Shown here: piece after piece, positions 1 to 8,056 of the stretch
Layout of the letters: every line of letters starts with the position of its first letter
Numbering within the stretch: the stretch's first letter is position 1
Source: Candidatus Krumholzibacteriia bacterium
Lineage (GTDB): Bacteria; Krumholzibacteriota; Krumholzibacteriia; LZORAL124-64-63
Length of the DNA: 16,000 nucleotides
Direction: 5' to 3'
Assembly: GCA_036351155.1 (NCBI GenBank)
Contig: JAZBOO010000191.1
Coordinates: 1 to 16,000, forward strand
The notes under the pieces: model-generated
What the model was told of the DNA's origin: nothing
Seen by the model: the letters and a program-made list of their open reading frames with translations, nothing else
The model's database searches: none
Made by a program: the position numbers and the translations under genes

Positions 1-241
1 AAACAAGGTATTTTTGGAAATCCTTGATCTGATCGTCGTTGAGAACCACCTCCGAAAATTCCCCAATTCCGGTGTTCACACCATACATGATGGCTCCTGC
101 CGCCAGCTTGTCTTCAAGCAGGGAGCGGCAGCGGGCCAGGCGGGTGAGGGCGTCGGGGGAGAGTTCAACCTGGCGGCCGTGTCGGGCCACCTCTACCACG
201 TTGTCCACGGTCAATCCGGAACCATCGAGAATCAAGGTCAT
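1..241 (-). CDS. hutH: Histidine/aromatic amino-acid ammonia-lyase family protein, N-terminal 80 aa (continues off the left edge)
   Basis: Manual minus-strand translation from ATG at 241 gives MTLILDGSGLTVDNVVEVARHGRQVELSPDALTRLARCRSLLEDKLAAGAIMYGVNTGIGEFSEVVLNDDQIKDFQKYLV. It has the LDGxxLT start and the YGVNTGxG active-site loop of the HAL/PAL/TAL family, with GGAG upstream (248-251). The MIO-forming ASG motif is outside the window, so the substrate is not certain. Confidence 0.85.
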   Translation of the reverse strand, partial: MTLILDGSGLTVDNVVEVARHGRQVELSPDALTRLARCRSLLEDKLAAGAIMYGVNTGIGEFSEVVLNDDQIKDFQKYLV

Positions 242-279
242 GTCAGACTCCCAGGCAGGTCAGTGTCGTGCGCTGTTGA

Positions 280-1350
<1,071 letters not shown>

Positions 1351-1363
1351 CCAAAACTCTCAG

Positions 1364-1405
1364 GAAAATAGAAGGAGTTCCTCCCGAGGGGGGAACTCCT
1401 TTTTC
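1364..1405. terminator. Bidirectional intrinsic terminator between gmd and the convergent DUF134 gene
   Basis: Hairpin AAGGAGTTCCTCC-CGAG-GGGGGAACTCCTT, with a T-tract after it and an A-rich tract (GAAAATAGAA) before it. Confidence 0.85.
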
Positions 1406-1418
1406 TGGATGGGGGGGC

Positions 1419-2000
1419 TTAGCGTCCGCCGCGACCGCCGCGTCCGCCACGGCCAGGACGGCCACGGCCCAGACCGGCGCCACTTGCCGCGCCTCGTCCC
1501 AGCCCCCGGCCCGCACCGCGTCCGGGTCCACGGCCCGGGCCACGACCAGGTCCGCGACCTGGCCCAGTTGCTGGGTTGTTCTCGTTCACTTCATTTGTCG
1601 CGTCGGTGTTGCACCGTCCCAGTCCGCGACCGGTCCGGGGACCTTCGCCCATGGGGCCTTTGCGATCCATTCCAGGCATGTCTTCACTCCTTGTCTGATC
1701 GTCCGTCGCCTCATCGGCGTGGGCGACGGTTTCTATCCTGATGGCCATGCCCTCCACGAGGGCCTGGGCCACCTTGCGCCTGCCGCTGGCCAGGATACGG
1801 CCAGCAGTGGCGCGTGAGACTTCCATGCGTTGACCCACGTCCTCGTGGGACAGCCCCTCCAGGTCGGCCAGCCTCAGGGCCTCGATTTCATCGTGGGCCA
1901 GGGCCACTTCTTCCAGCTGGCGCAGGGGAATGCCCTGGGGCTTGAAGTGCACCGCGTCGGGGCAGTGTCGAATGCGTCGGGGCTTGCAGGGGCGGGGCAT
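1419..2000 (-). CDS. DUF134-family putative HTH DNA-binding protein fused in frame to a DUF5320-like Gly/Arg-rich domain
   Basis: The N-terminus MPRPCKPRRI...FKPQGIP...DEIEALRLADLEGLSHEDVGQRMEVSRATAGRILASGRRKVAQALVEGMAIRIE is a DUF134 signature. From Met108, MPGMDRKGPMGEGPRTGRGLGRC is the DUF5320 N-terminal signature. Confidence 0.88.
   Translation of the reverse strand: MPRPCKPRRIRHCPDAVHFKPQGIPLRQLEEVALAHDEIEALRLADLEGLSHEDVGQRMEVSRATAGRILASGRRKVAQALVEGMAIRIETVAHADEATDDQTRSEDMPGMDRKGPMGEGPRTGRGLGRCNTDATNEVNENNPATGPGRGPGRGPGRGPGRGAGRGLGRGAASGAGLGRGRPGRGGRGGRGGR
1422..1566 (-). repeat. Coding low-complexity repeats: GRGP/GRGA/GRGL tetrapeptides and a terminal (GGR)3
   Basis: Translation GPGRGPGRGPGRGPGRGAGRGLGRG...GRGGRGGRGGR. 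The DNA has 12-bp and 9-bp periodicity with synonymous variation between units. Confidence 0.85.
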
Positions 2001-2011
2001 GAAAATCTTCC

Positions 2012-2040
2012 TTGGCTTTCGTTCTGGTTCGAATTATAAT
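2012..2040 (+). promoter_or_regulatory. Candidate sigma70-type promoter for the NifX/ATPase operon
   Basis: TTGGCT (2012-2017), 17-bp spacer, perfect TATAAT (2035-2040). Confidence 0.7.
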
Positions 2041-2053
2041 GAGCATATGCTCA
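2040..2053. promoter_or_regulatory. Perfect 14-bp palindrome, candidate operator
   Basis: TGAGCATATGCTCA is its own reverse complement and lies in an AT-rich patch of the divergent intergenic region. Confidence 0.75.
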
Positions 2054-2070
2054 AAACAGGGAAACGTCAA
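2042..2070 (-). promoter_or_regulatory. Candidate sigma70-type promoter for the DUF134 gene
   Basis: On the minus strand: TTGACG (2070-2065), 17-bp spacer, TATGCT (2047-2042). Confidence 0.65.
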
Positions 2071-2123
2071 GAGGATTTTTCCCGTCCGCTTTCGCCTCGG
2101 TTGCGGGGTCCCAAGGAGATGCC

Positions 2124-2486
2124 ATGAAAATCATGATCACAGCCACCGGACCGGACCTGGACAGTCCCGTCGATCCCCGATTTGGTCGGGGTGCCTACTT
2201 CGTACTGGTGGACACGGAAACCCGCGACCACCTGGCCGTTTCCAACGCCGAGGGGCAGGACGCCGGGCAGGGGGCGGGGATCCAGGCCGCCCAGAAAGTG
2301 GCCGCCGCCGAGGCCGAAGCCCTGCTGACAGGGCACTGCGGGCCCAAGGCTCATCAGGTTCTGAGCGCTGCGGGGATCAAGGTGTACAACAATGTCAGCG
2401 GCACGGTGAACGATGCGCTGGAGAGCTTTCTGGCCGGTCAGCTCACCGCCGCCCATGGGCCGGATGTCGAAGGGCACTGGGCATGA
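2124..2486 (+). CDS. NifB/NifX-family (MTH1175/orange-protein-like) cofactor-binding protein
   Basis: DPRFGRGAYF, GQGAGIQAAQ and LLTGHCGPKA motifs; SD AAGGAG at 2113-2118; 120 aa. Confidence 0.92.
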   Translation: MKIMITATGPDLDSPVDPRFGRGAYFVLVDTETRDHLAVSNAEGQDAGQGAGIQAAQKVAAAEAEALLTGHCGPKAHQVLSAAGIKVYNNVSGTVNDALESFLAGQLTAAHGPDVEGHWA

Positions 2487-3340
2487 TCCTGACCATCGCC
2501 AGCGGCAAGGGCGGCACGGGCAAGACCACCGTGGCGGTGAACCTGGCCCGGCTGGCCTGCGAGCGAGGAATGCACGTGCACTTCTGTGATTGCGATGTGG
2601 AAGAACCCAACGCCCACCTTTTCCTTCATCCCGATCTCACCATGCGGCGCACGGTACAGCTACCCTTGCCGGTGGTGGACCAGGACGAGTGTGACCACTG
2701 CGGTGCCTGCGCCGACATTTGCCAGTTCAATGCCATCGCCGCCCTCCCTCGGCAGACGGTGGTGTTCCCCGAGCTATGCCACAGCTGTTCGGGATGCTGG
2801 CTGGTCTGTCCGCGCCAGGCCATCGATCAGGGACTGCGCACTCTGGGTGTGGTGGAGAGCGGCCACAGCAGCAGCCTGGCCTTCACCCGAGGGTTGCTGG
2901 AGGTGGGGGAAACCCAGGTGCCGCCGGTGATCGAGGCGGTCAAGGAAACTCCAGGCGCCGTGGACCTGGTCATCCGCGATGCCCCCCCGGGTGCCACCTG
3001 TCCCACGGTGGCCTCGTTGAGCGGAAGTGATTTCGTTCTGCTGGTGACCGAACCCACCCCCTTTGGCCTGCACGATCTGAAGGTGGCCATCACCCTGGTG
3101 CGCGATCTGGGCCTGCCCTTTGCCGTCACCATCAACCGCGATGGCAGCGGAGATGACCGGGTGCGGGACTATTGCCGGGATGAGAATGTGAAGTTGCTCC
3201 CGGGGCTCCCTTTTTCGCGGGATGCCGCCGAGTTGATCAGCCGGGGCCAGCTGCTGATCGATCATGCTCCGGATTTGCGCCACGCGCTGGACCAGCTGCT
3301 GGACGCTGTTCTGGCGAACCAGGAGGTGAAGTCCTCATGA
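2483..3340 (+). CDS. MinD-superfamily P-loop ATPase with inserted 2x[4Fe-4S] ferredoxin domain (COG1149-type), paralog 1
   Basis: Real start is MILTIASGKGGTGKTT (ATGA overlap with the upstream stop). Contains DCDVEEPN, CDHCGACADIC, CHSCSGCWLVC, DAPPGATCP and VTEPTPFGLHDL. Confidence 0.93.
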   Translation: MILTIASGKGGTGKTTVAVNLARLACERGMHVHFCDCDVEEPNAHLFLHPDLTMRRTVQLPLPVVDQDECDHCGACADICQFNAIAALPRQTVVFPELCHSCSGCWLVCPRQAIDQGLRTLGVVESGHSSSLAFTRGLLEVGETQVPPVIEAVKETPGAVDLVIRDAPPGATCPTVASLSGSDFVLLVTEPTPFGLHDLKVAITLVRDLGLPFAVTINRDGSGDDRVRDYCRDENVKLLPGLPFSRDAAELISRGQLLIDHAPDLRHALDQLLDAVLANQEVKSS

Positions 3341-4239
3341 AGGAACTGATCGTATGTAGCGGCAAGGGGGGCACGGGCAAGACCTCGGTGGCCGCGGCTC
3401 TGGCTGCCCTGGCGCTCCAGGACACCCCGGCTGTGCTGGCCGATTGCGATGTGGATGCGGCTGATCTGCACCTGGTGGTCCCTCCTCTGCGCACCGAGGA
3501 ATTCCCCTTCACGGGTGGGCATCTGGCGGTCATTGACCCGGAAGTCTGCGCCGCCTGTGGGCAGTGCTACGAGCTGTGCCGCTTCGATGCCATTGCGCGG
3601 GTGGAGGGTCCCGAGGGCCCGTCCTATCGTGTGGATCCCCTGCACTGTGAAGGTTGCGGGGTGTGTGTGCACTTCTGTCCCACCGAGGCCATCGCGTTTC
3701 CCCGGGCAGTCAACGGGGTCTGGTTCAGGTCGGACACGGCCGGTCAGACCTTGTTCCATGCCCGGCTGACTCCGGGGCAGGAAAACTCCGGCAAGCTGGT
3801 CACCCTGGTGCGGGAAAAGGCCCGGGAGGAAGCTCGGGACACGGGTGCCCAGCTAATGCTGGTCGATGGCCCGCCGGGCATCGGGTGTCCCACCACGGCG
3901 GCCATCACCGGGTCGGATCTGGTACTGGCCGTGACCGAGCCCGGGGTGTCGGGCTGGCACGATCTGGAGCGGCTGATCAAGCTGACCAGGCACTTCGACG
4001 TGCCCCTGGCGGTGTGCATCAACAAGGCGGACATCAACCCGGATTTCAGTGCACGCATCGAGCAGGAGTGTCGTCAACGGAGGGTGCCCCTGGTGGGCCG
4101 TATTCCCTTCGATCAGGCGATCACCCTGGCCCAGCTGCAAGGTTGCAGCGTGGTGGAGATGGAGCCGGGCCCCGCGGCCGAAGCTCTGCATGACGTATGG
4201 AAACAAACCCTGAAATTGCTGACGGAGGATACGGAATGA
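3337..4239 (+). CDS. MinD-superfamily P-loop ATPase with inserted 2x[4Fe-4S] ferredoxin domain (COG1149-type), paralog 2
   Basis: SGKGGTGKTS, DCDVDAADLHL, CAACGQCYELC, CEGCGVCVHFC, ENSGKLV, DGPPGIGCP and INKAD; ATGA overlap with the previous gene. Confidence 0.93.
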   Translation: MKELIVCSGKGGTGKTSVAAALAALALQDTPAVLADCDVDAADLHLVVPPLRTEEFPFTGGHLAVIDPEVCAACGQCYELCRFDAIARVEGPEGPSYRVDPLHCEGCGVCVHFCPTEAIAFPRAVNGVWFRSDTAGQTLFHARLTPGQENSGKLVTLVREKAREEARDTGAQLMLVDGPPGIGCPTTAAITGSDLVLAVTEPGVSGWHDLERLIKLTRHFDVPLAVCINKADINPDFSARIEQECRQRRVPLVGRIPFDQAITLAQLQGCSVVEMEPGPAAEALHDVWKQTLKLLTEDTE

Positions 4240-4574
4240 AGATCATGATCCCCTTGCACGCGGGCCTTTTGACCCCTCACTTTGGCCATTGCGAGGAATT
4301 CGCGGTGCTGGATGTGGAACCGGAAACCGGGGCCGTGACCGCTTCGGCCCGCCTGGTTCCCCCACCTCATGCGCCAGGCGTTCTGCCCATCTGGATTGCC
4401 GAACAGGGTGCCGATGTGGTTCTCGCCGGAGGGATGGGGCAAAAGGCCCGCATCAACCTGGAAAACCATGGGGTGCAGGTGGTGACCGGGGCCCCCAGCG
4501 AGACCCCGGAACAGGTGGTGGCCAAGTGGCACCAGGGCCAGATCAGCGGCGACAGCAACCTCTGCGATCACTGA
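4236..4574 (+). CDS. NifB/NifX-family protein (HFGHC...CDH type)
   Basis: MKIMIP...PHFGHCEEF...PPPHAPGVLP...AGGMG...NLCDH; SD GGAGG at 4224-4228; ATGA overlap at 4236-4239. Confidence 0.92.
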   Translation: MKIMIPLHAGLLTPHFGHCEEFAVLDVEPETGAVTASARLVPPPHAPGVLPIWIAEQGADVVLAGGMGQKARINLENHGVQVVTGAPSETPEQVVAKWHQGQISGDSNLCDH

Positions 4575-4599
4575 CCAATCCGTGCCTGGAGAGCTGCGG

Positions 4600-5433
4600 T
4601 CAGTGCTGGAACTCGTAGTCCGCGGTGACGGCAAAGGCCAGCAGCACGCTGGCGGTGTACGTGGGGCGTTCCAGCATCACGTAATGGCCGGTTCTTCCCA
4701 GGCGCTTGAAGGTCAGGGCCGGGGCGTTGCTGAATCCGATCTGATGCAGAACCTGCTTGGACTGGTTGGGGTCGGGAAACAGCAGCTCGCTGCCGATGAC
4801 CAGCAACGGCACGGTCAATTCACGCAGCTGCTCGGTCAGATCGTAATCGAAGCTGCTGAGCAGCAGGCTGGTGAACGAGGCCTTGTGCGTGCGCAGGGCC
4901 ATGTGCACGATTTCCTCGGTGATGTCCGGCTCAGGGCTCATGTTGCTGTAACGTGTGAACACGAACTCGTCGTATTTCTCGGCCACGGCGCGGGCCACCT
5001 GGACCTTCTGTTCCTGGGTGGCCAGCTGCTTGGGGGCCGAGTCGATCATGATCAACCGGTGCACGTCGGCGGGGTGGTCCAGGCTGTACTGCAGGGCCAC
5101 CATGCCGCCCAGGCCATGCCCCACCAGGGTGGGGTAGGCGATGCCCTCGGCCTCGAGAAAGGCGGCCAGTCGAGCGGCCTCCTTCTCGATGGTGGGGTCG
5201 AGGATGGGCTGGGTTTCGCCATGGCCCGCCAGCTCGAAGGTCCACACCTTGAAGGTGCCCAGCAGATAAGGCTTCAAGCTGTCCCAGATCTCGTTGCTGG
5301 CTCCCAGCCCGTGGATCAGGACCATCTCGAATTCTCCCCGACCTTCCTGATACTCAGGGGGCGGAGCTTCTCCCACCTGGGCCTGAGCAAAACCGGCCAG
5401 AACCATCACCAGCGCAATCATCCATCGTTTCAT
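4600..5433 (-). CDS. Secreted alpha/beta-hydrolase-fold protein with an atypical nucleophile elbow
   Basis: Signal peptide MKRWMIALVMVLAGFAQA; LIHGLG, ELAGHG, GHGLGG (instead of GHSxGG), LIMID and GHYVMLERP. Confidence 0.88.
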   Translation of the reverse strand: MKRWMIALVMVLAGFAQAQVGEAPPPEYQEGRGEFEMVLIHGLGASNEIWDSLKPYLLGTFKVWTFELAGHGETQPILDPTIEKEAARLAAFLEAEGIAYPTLVGHGLGGMVALQYSLDHPADVHRLIMIDSAPKQLATQEQKVQVARAVAEKYDEFVFTRYSNMSPEPDITEEIVHMALRTHKASFTSLLLSSFDYDLTEQLRELTVPLLVIGSELLFPDPNQSKQVLHQIGFSNAPALTFKRLGRTGHYVMLERPTYTASVLLAFAVTADYEFQH

Positions 5434-6230
5434 GAGGCTTCCTCGGGTACGTTGAAAAGGTCTCCGTCACGGGCCTGGATAACCGGCCCATCAAAGTGAA
5501 CGCCCACGGCGCGGACCAGGTCGGCCGCGGCGGCCTGGGGATACTGGTGCGTCAGCACCACTTTTCTGGGCTGGGCCTGACGGCAAAGGGAGCCGACATC
5601 GCGGGGGGACATGTGTCCAGGCACCGTCCATTCATCGGTGGCCGAGCACTCGACCACCAGCAGATCGCAATTCCGGGCCGCCTCCTCCAACCCCGGACAG
5701 GGCCCGGTGTCCCCGGAAAAAACCACCCGGTGGCCGGCGGCGTCCAGAAACGTGAATCCCATGGGCTTTTCGGATAGGCGGTCCTGTTCGTGGTGCACGG
5801 CAAAGGAGGTGACCCTTCCGCCGCCGGGAAGGTTCACGGCGGTCCCGGGTTCCATCTCCGTGATGGTCAGCTCGCGATTTCGCGGTTCCAGCCAGCTACC
5901 ATAGATACCGCGCAGCTGGTCCAGCAAGTGGTTCAGCCCCACGGGGCCCCAGATCTCCAGGGGCTCTTGCGAGGTCAGCAAGGGCGAGTGCAGCGCAAAC
6001 AGCAGGGCCACCAGGTCGGCGCTGTGGTCGGGATGCAGATGGGTCAGAAAGACACGCTTGATGTCATTGACGCTGTCGGGCGCCGCATCCGACTTCACCA
6101 GACGCACCAGAGCGCCCGGCCCGGGGTCCATGAGCAGGGTGCACTGATCCACCGCAACCCAGTAGGCGGCCGGTGTGTGGCTGGGAGTGGGCACAGCACC
6201 GCCGGCCCCGAGGATGTGGAATTGAATCAT
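5430..6230 (-). CDS. Metallo-beta-lactamase-fold hydrolase, RNase Z/BN-like
   Basis: ILGAGGAVP, LMDPGPG, THLHPDH (HxHxDH), FSGDTG, VVEC, GHMS and LTHQYP. Start is ATG 6230 or 6236. The stop overlaps the hydrolase start (ATGA). Confidence 0.88.
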   Translation of the reverse strand: MIQFHILGAGGAVPTPSHTPAAYWVAVDQCTLLMDPGPGALVRLVKSDAAPDSVNDIKRVFLTHLHPDHSADLVALLFALHSPLLTSQEPLEIWGPVGLNHLLDQLRGIYGSWLEPRNRELTITEMEPGTAVNLPGGGRVTSFAVHHEQDRLSEKPMGFTFLDAAGHRVVFSGDTGPCPGLEEAARNCDLLVVECSATDEWTVPGHMSPRDVGSLCRQAQPRKVVLTHQYPQAAAADLVRAVGVHFDGPVIQARDGDLFNVPEEAS

Positions 6231-6394
6231 GCCCATAAAGCAACAGATTGACGCCGGAACGTCAAGGCTGCCGGTGGTGTACAAGTGAAGATGGGCCGCC
6301 GCGGTCCTTCGGAATCTGGACAGAAAAGGGGCCCGGGCCTATCATGACACCTGTTTTACGTACCACGCCATCCCCCGAAAGGGCATCTATCGTG

Positions 6395-8053
6395 ATGAAG
6401 GCTTTTTCCGTGACGCTTCTGGCCGCTGCTTGCTGTTTGCTGCTCCTGGTGGCAGGGCCCCTTTCTGCCCTGGCCCAGAATGACGAACCCACCCGGGAAG
6501 AAAAAATCGCCGAGTTGAACGCCAAGGTCATGGCCAACCCTGCCGACTCGAAAAGCTGGAACGATCTGGGGGTCATCTACGCCCAGAACGGCGAGTTCGA
6601 GGTGGCCCGCGACGCGTTCATCCGCGCCGTGCAGGGCGACCCCACCCAGGGTGACTATCACCGCAACCTGGGTCTGGCCTTCTCACGTCTGGACATGTAT
6701 GACGTGGCGGTGGCCGAGTTTCAGGCCTATCAGCGGCTGGACACCATGGGGGGCCGTGATTACTGGCGGCTGATCGGATCGGCACAGGTGAATGCCGGGA
6801 TGGTGGACGAGGCTCGCGTGACCTACCAGGAAGGCCTGAAGGTCCTGGGACAGCCGGCCAATCCCGAGGGCATGCGGCTGGTTCTGGCCCTGAACAAGCT
6901 GGAGGCCGAGGCGGGCAACGAACAGGCGGCGCGCTCTCTGCTGGAAAAGTACACGCCTCAGGCGGCGGCCTTTCTGAGGAATCAGATCGAGGACGATGCC
7001 GAGGGCACCCAGGAGGCCCAGTCCATCATCCACAATCGCGTCACCATGATGGTCGAGGACGCCAAGCTGATGGAGGAGTCGGGTCTGCTGGACGAGGCCT
7101 CGGCTCTGTACGAGGGCGCCTACGAGCTGGCTCCGCAGCGCGATGATCTGCTGCCCCGCCTGGTCGCCGTCGACCTGAAGAACGGGGACAGCATGAAGGC
7201 CCGGGTGGCGGCGCGTCTGGCGCGCGACGCCCACCCCGAAAAGTCGGGAACCTGGATCGCCACCGGCAAGGTGTACGAGAGCACCAACCGTCTGGAAGAT
7301 GCGGTGGCGGCCTACGAGAAGGCTTACTCACTGGAGGAAATCGACGATCTGCGGGTGGCCATCGGCAACCTGCACATGCGTCTGGGCAACGACACCGAGG
7401 CCAGCAAGTGGCTCCGGGCCGGTGTGTCGGCCGACAGCACCAAGCCCGAGGTGGTTTACAACTACGCCATCAGTCAGATGCGCGAGAAGAAGTATCATGC
7501 GGCCATCGCCTCGCTGCGCAGCGTGGTCCAGCAGCGGCCGGACATGGTGCAGGGCTGGTCGGCCCTGGCCCAGTGCCTGCGCGCCACCAAGCAGTATGGA
7601 GCCGCCGTGGCGCCCTACCAGAAGGTCCTGGAGATGGCTCCGGAAGCCAAGGTGGCCTATAACCTGGGTTACTGCGCCATGAAGGCCAAGCAGCACAGCA
7701 CGGCCATCGACGCCTATGGAAAAGCGCTGGAGATGGATCCGACCATGGTCGAGGCCCGCTACAACCTTTCGCTCACCTTCATGAACGCCGGACGCTATGA
7801 GGAGGCCGCCGCCAGCTTCGAGGCCATGAAAGAGCTGGAGCCGGACAGTTACCGGGTGTACTACAGCCAGGGATTGAGCTATTACTACCTGGGCGAATAC
7901 GATGCCGCCCTGGAGGCCTACGACATGGCCTTCGCCCAGAAGGAGACGGTGAACGTGCTGAACAACATGGGCCTGGTTTACGACAAGCTGGGCGACAAGA
8001 AGGAAGCGGCCAAGCTGTACAAGCAGGCCAAGGCCTTGAAAGCCGGTGGTTAA
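6395..8053 (+). CDS. Secreted/periplasmic tetratricopeptide-repeat protein
   Basis: Signal peptide MKAFSVTLLAAACCLLLLVAGPLSALA|Q and many TPR units (WNDLGVIY, YHRNLGLAF, AYNLGYCA, ARYNLSLTF, YYSQGLSYY, LNNMGLVY). The start could be slightly upstream (6344). Confidence 0.9.
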   Translation: MKAFSVTLLAAACCLLLLVAGPLSALAQNDEPTREEKIAELNAKVMANPADSKSWNDLGVIYAQNGEFEVARDAFIRAVQGDPTQGDYHRNLGLAFSRLDMYDVAVAEFQAYQRLDTMGGRDYWRLIGSAQVNAGMVDEARVTYQEGLKVLGQPANPEGMRLVLALNKLEAEAGNEQAARSLLEKYTPQAAAFLRNQIEDDAEGTQEAQSIIHNRVTMMVEDAKLMEESGLLDEASALYEGAYELAPQRDDLLPRLVAVDLKNGDSMKARVAARLARDAHPEKSGTWIATGKVYESTNRLEDAVAAYEKAYSLEEIDDLRVAIGNLHMRLGNDTEASKWLRAGVSADSTKPEVVYNYAISQMREKKYHAAIASLRSVVQQRPDMVQGWSALAQCLRATKQYGAAVAPYQKVLEMAPEAKVAYNLGYCAMKAKQHSTAIDAYGKALEMDPTMVEARYNLSLTFMNAGRYEEAAASFEAMKELEPDSYRVYYSQGLSYYYLGEYDAALEAYDMAFAQKETVNVLNNMGLVYDKLGDKKEAAKLYKQAKALKAGG

Positions 8054-8056
8054 GCC

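Noticed and set aside
1354..1368. AAACTCTCAGGAAAA resembles the 3' conserved motif of a glycine riboswitch
   Set aside because: The upstream GGAGA/CCGAAG elements are missing, the upstream sequence is gmd coding DNA, and no same-strand gene follows.
1500..1566. Periodic GC-rich sequence as a possible CRISPR or non-coding repeat
   Set aside because: The 12-bp period is explained by the GRGP coding repeat; there are no spacers and no cas genes.
2012..2482. N-terminal extension of the 442-aa ORF (2012..3340)
   Set aside because: It overlaps the promoter region and the NifX gene out of frame. The ATPase family N-terminus starts at the coupled ATG 2483.
2124..4574. NifB/NifX-family genes as evidence of nitrogen fixation
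   Set aside because: This domain family is common in non-diazotrophic anaerobes, and no nifH/D/K or radical-SAM NifB is in the window.
4571..4603. CTGACC...GGTCAG arms between convergent stops as a terminator
   Set aside because: It is only a 6-bp stem with a 21-nt loop and no T-tract, and the arms partly come from the two stop codons.
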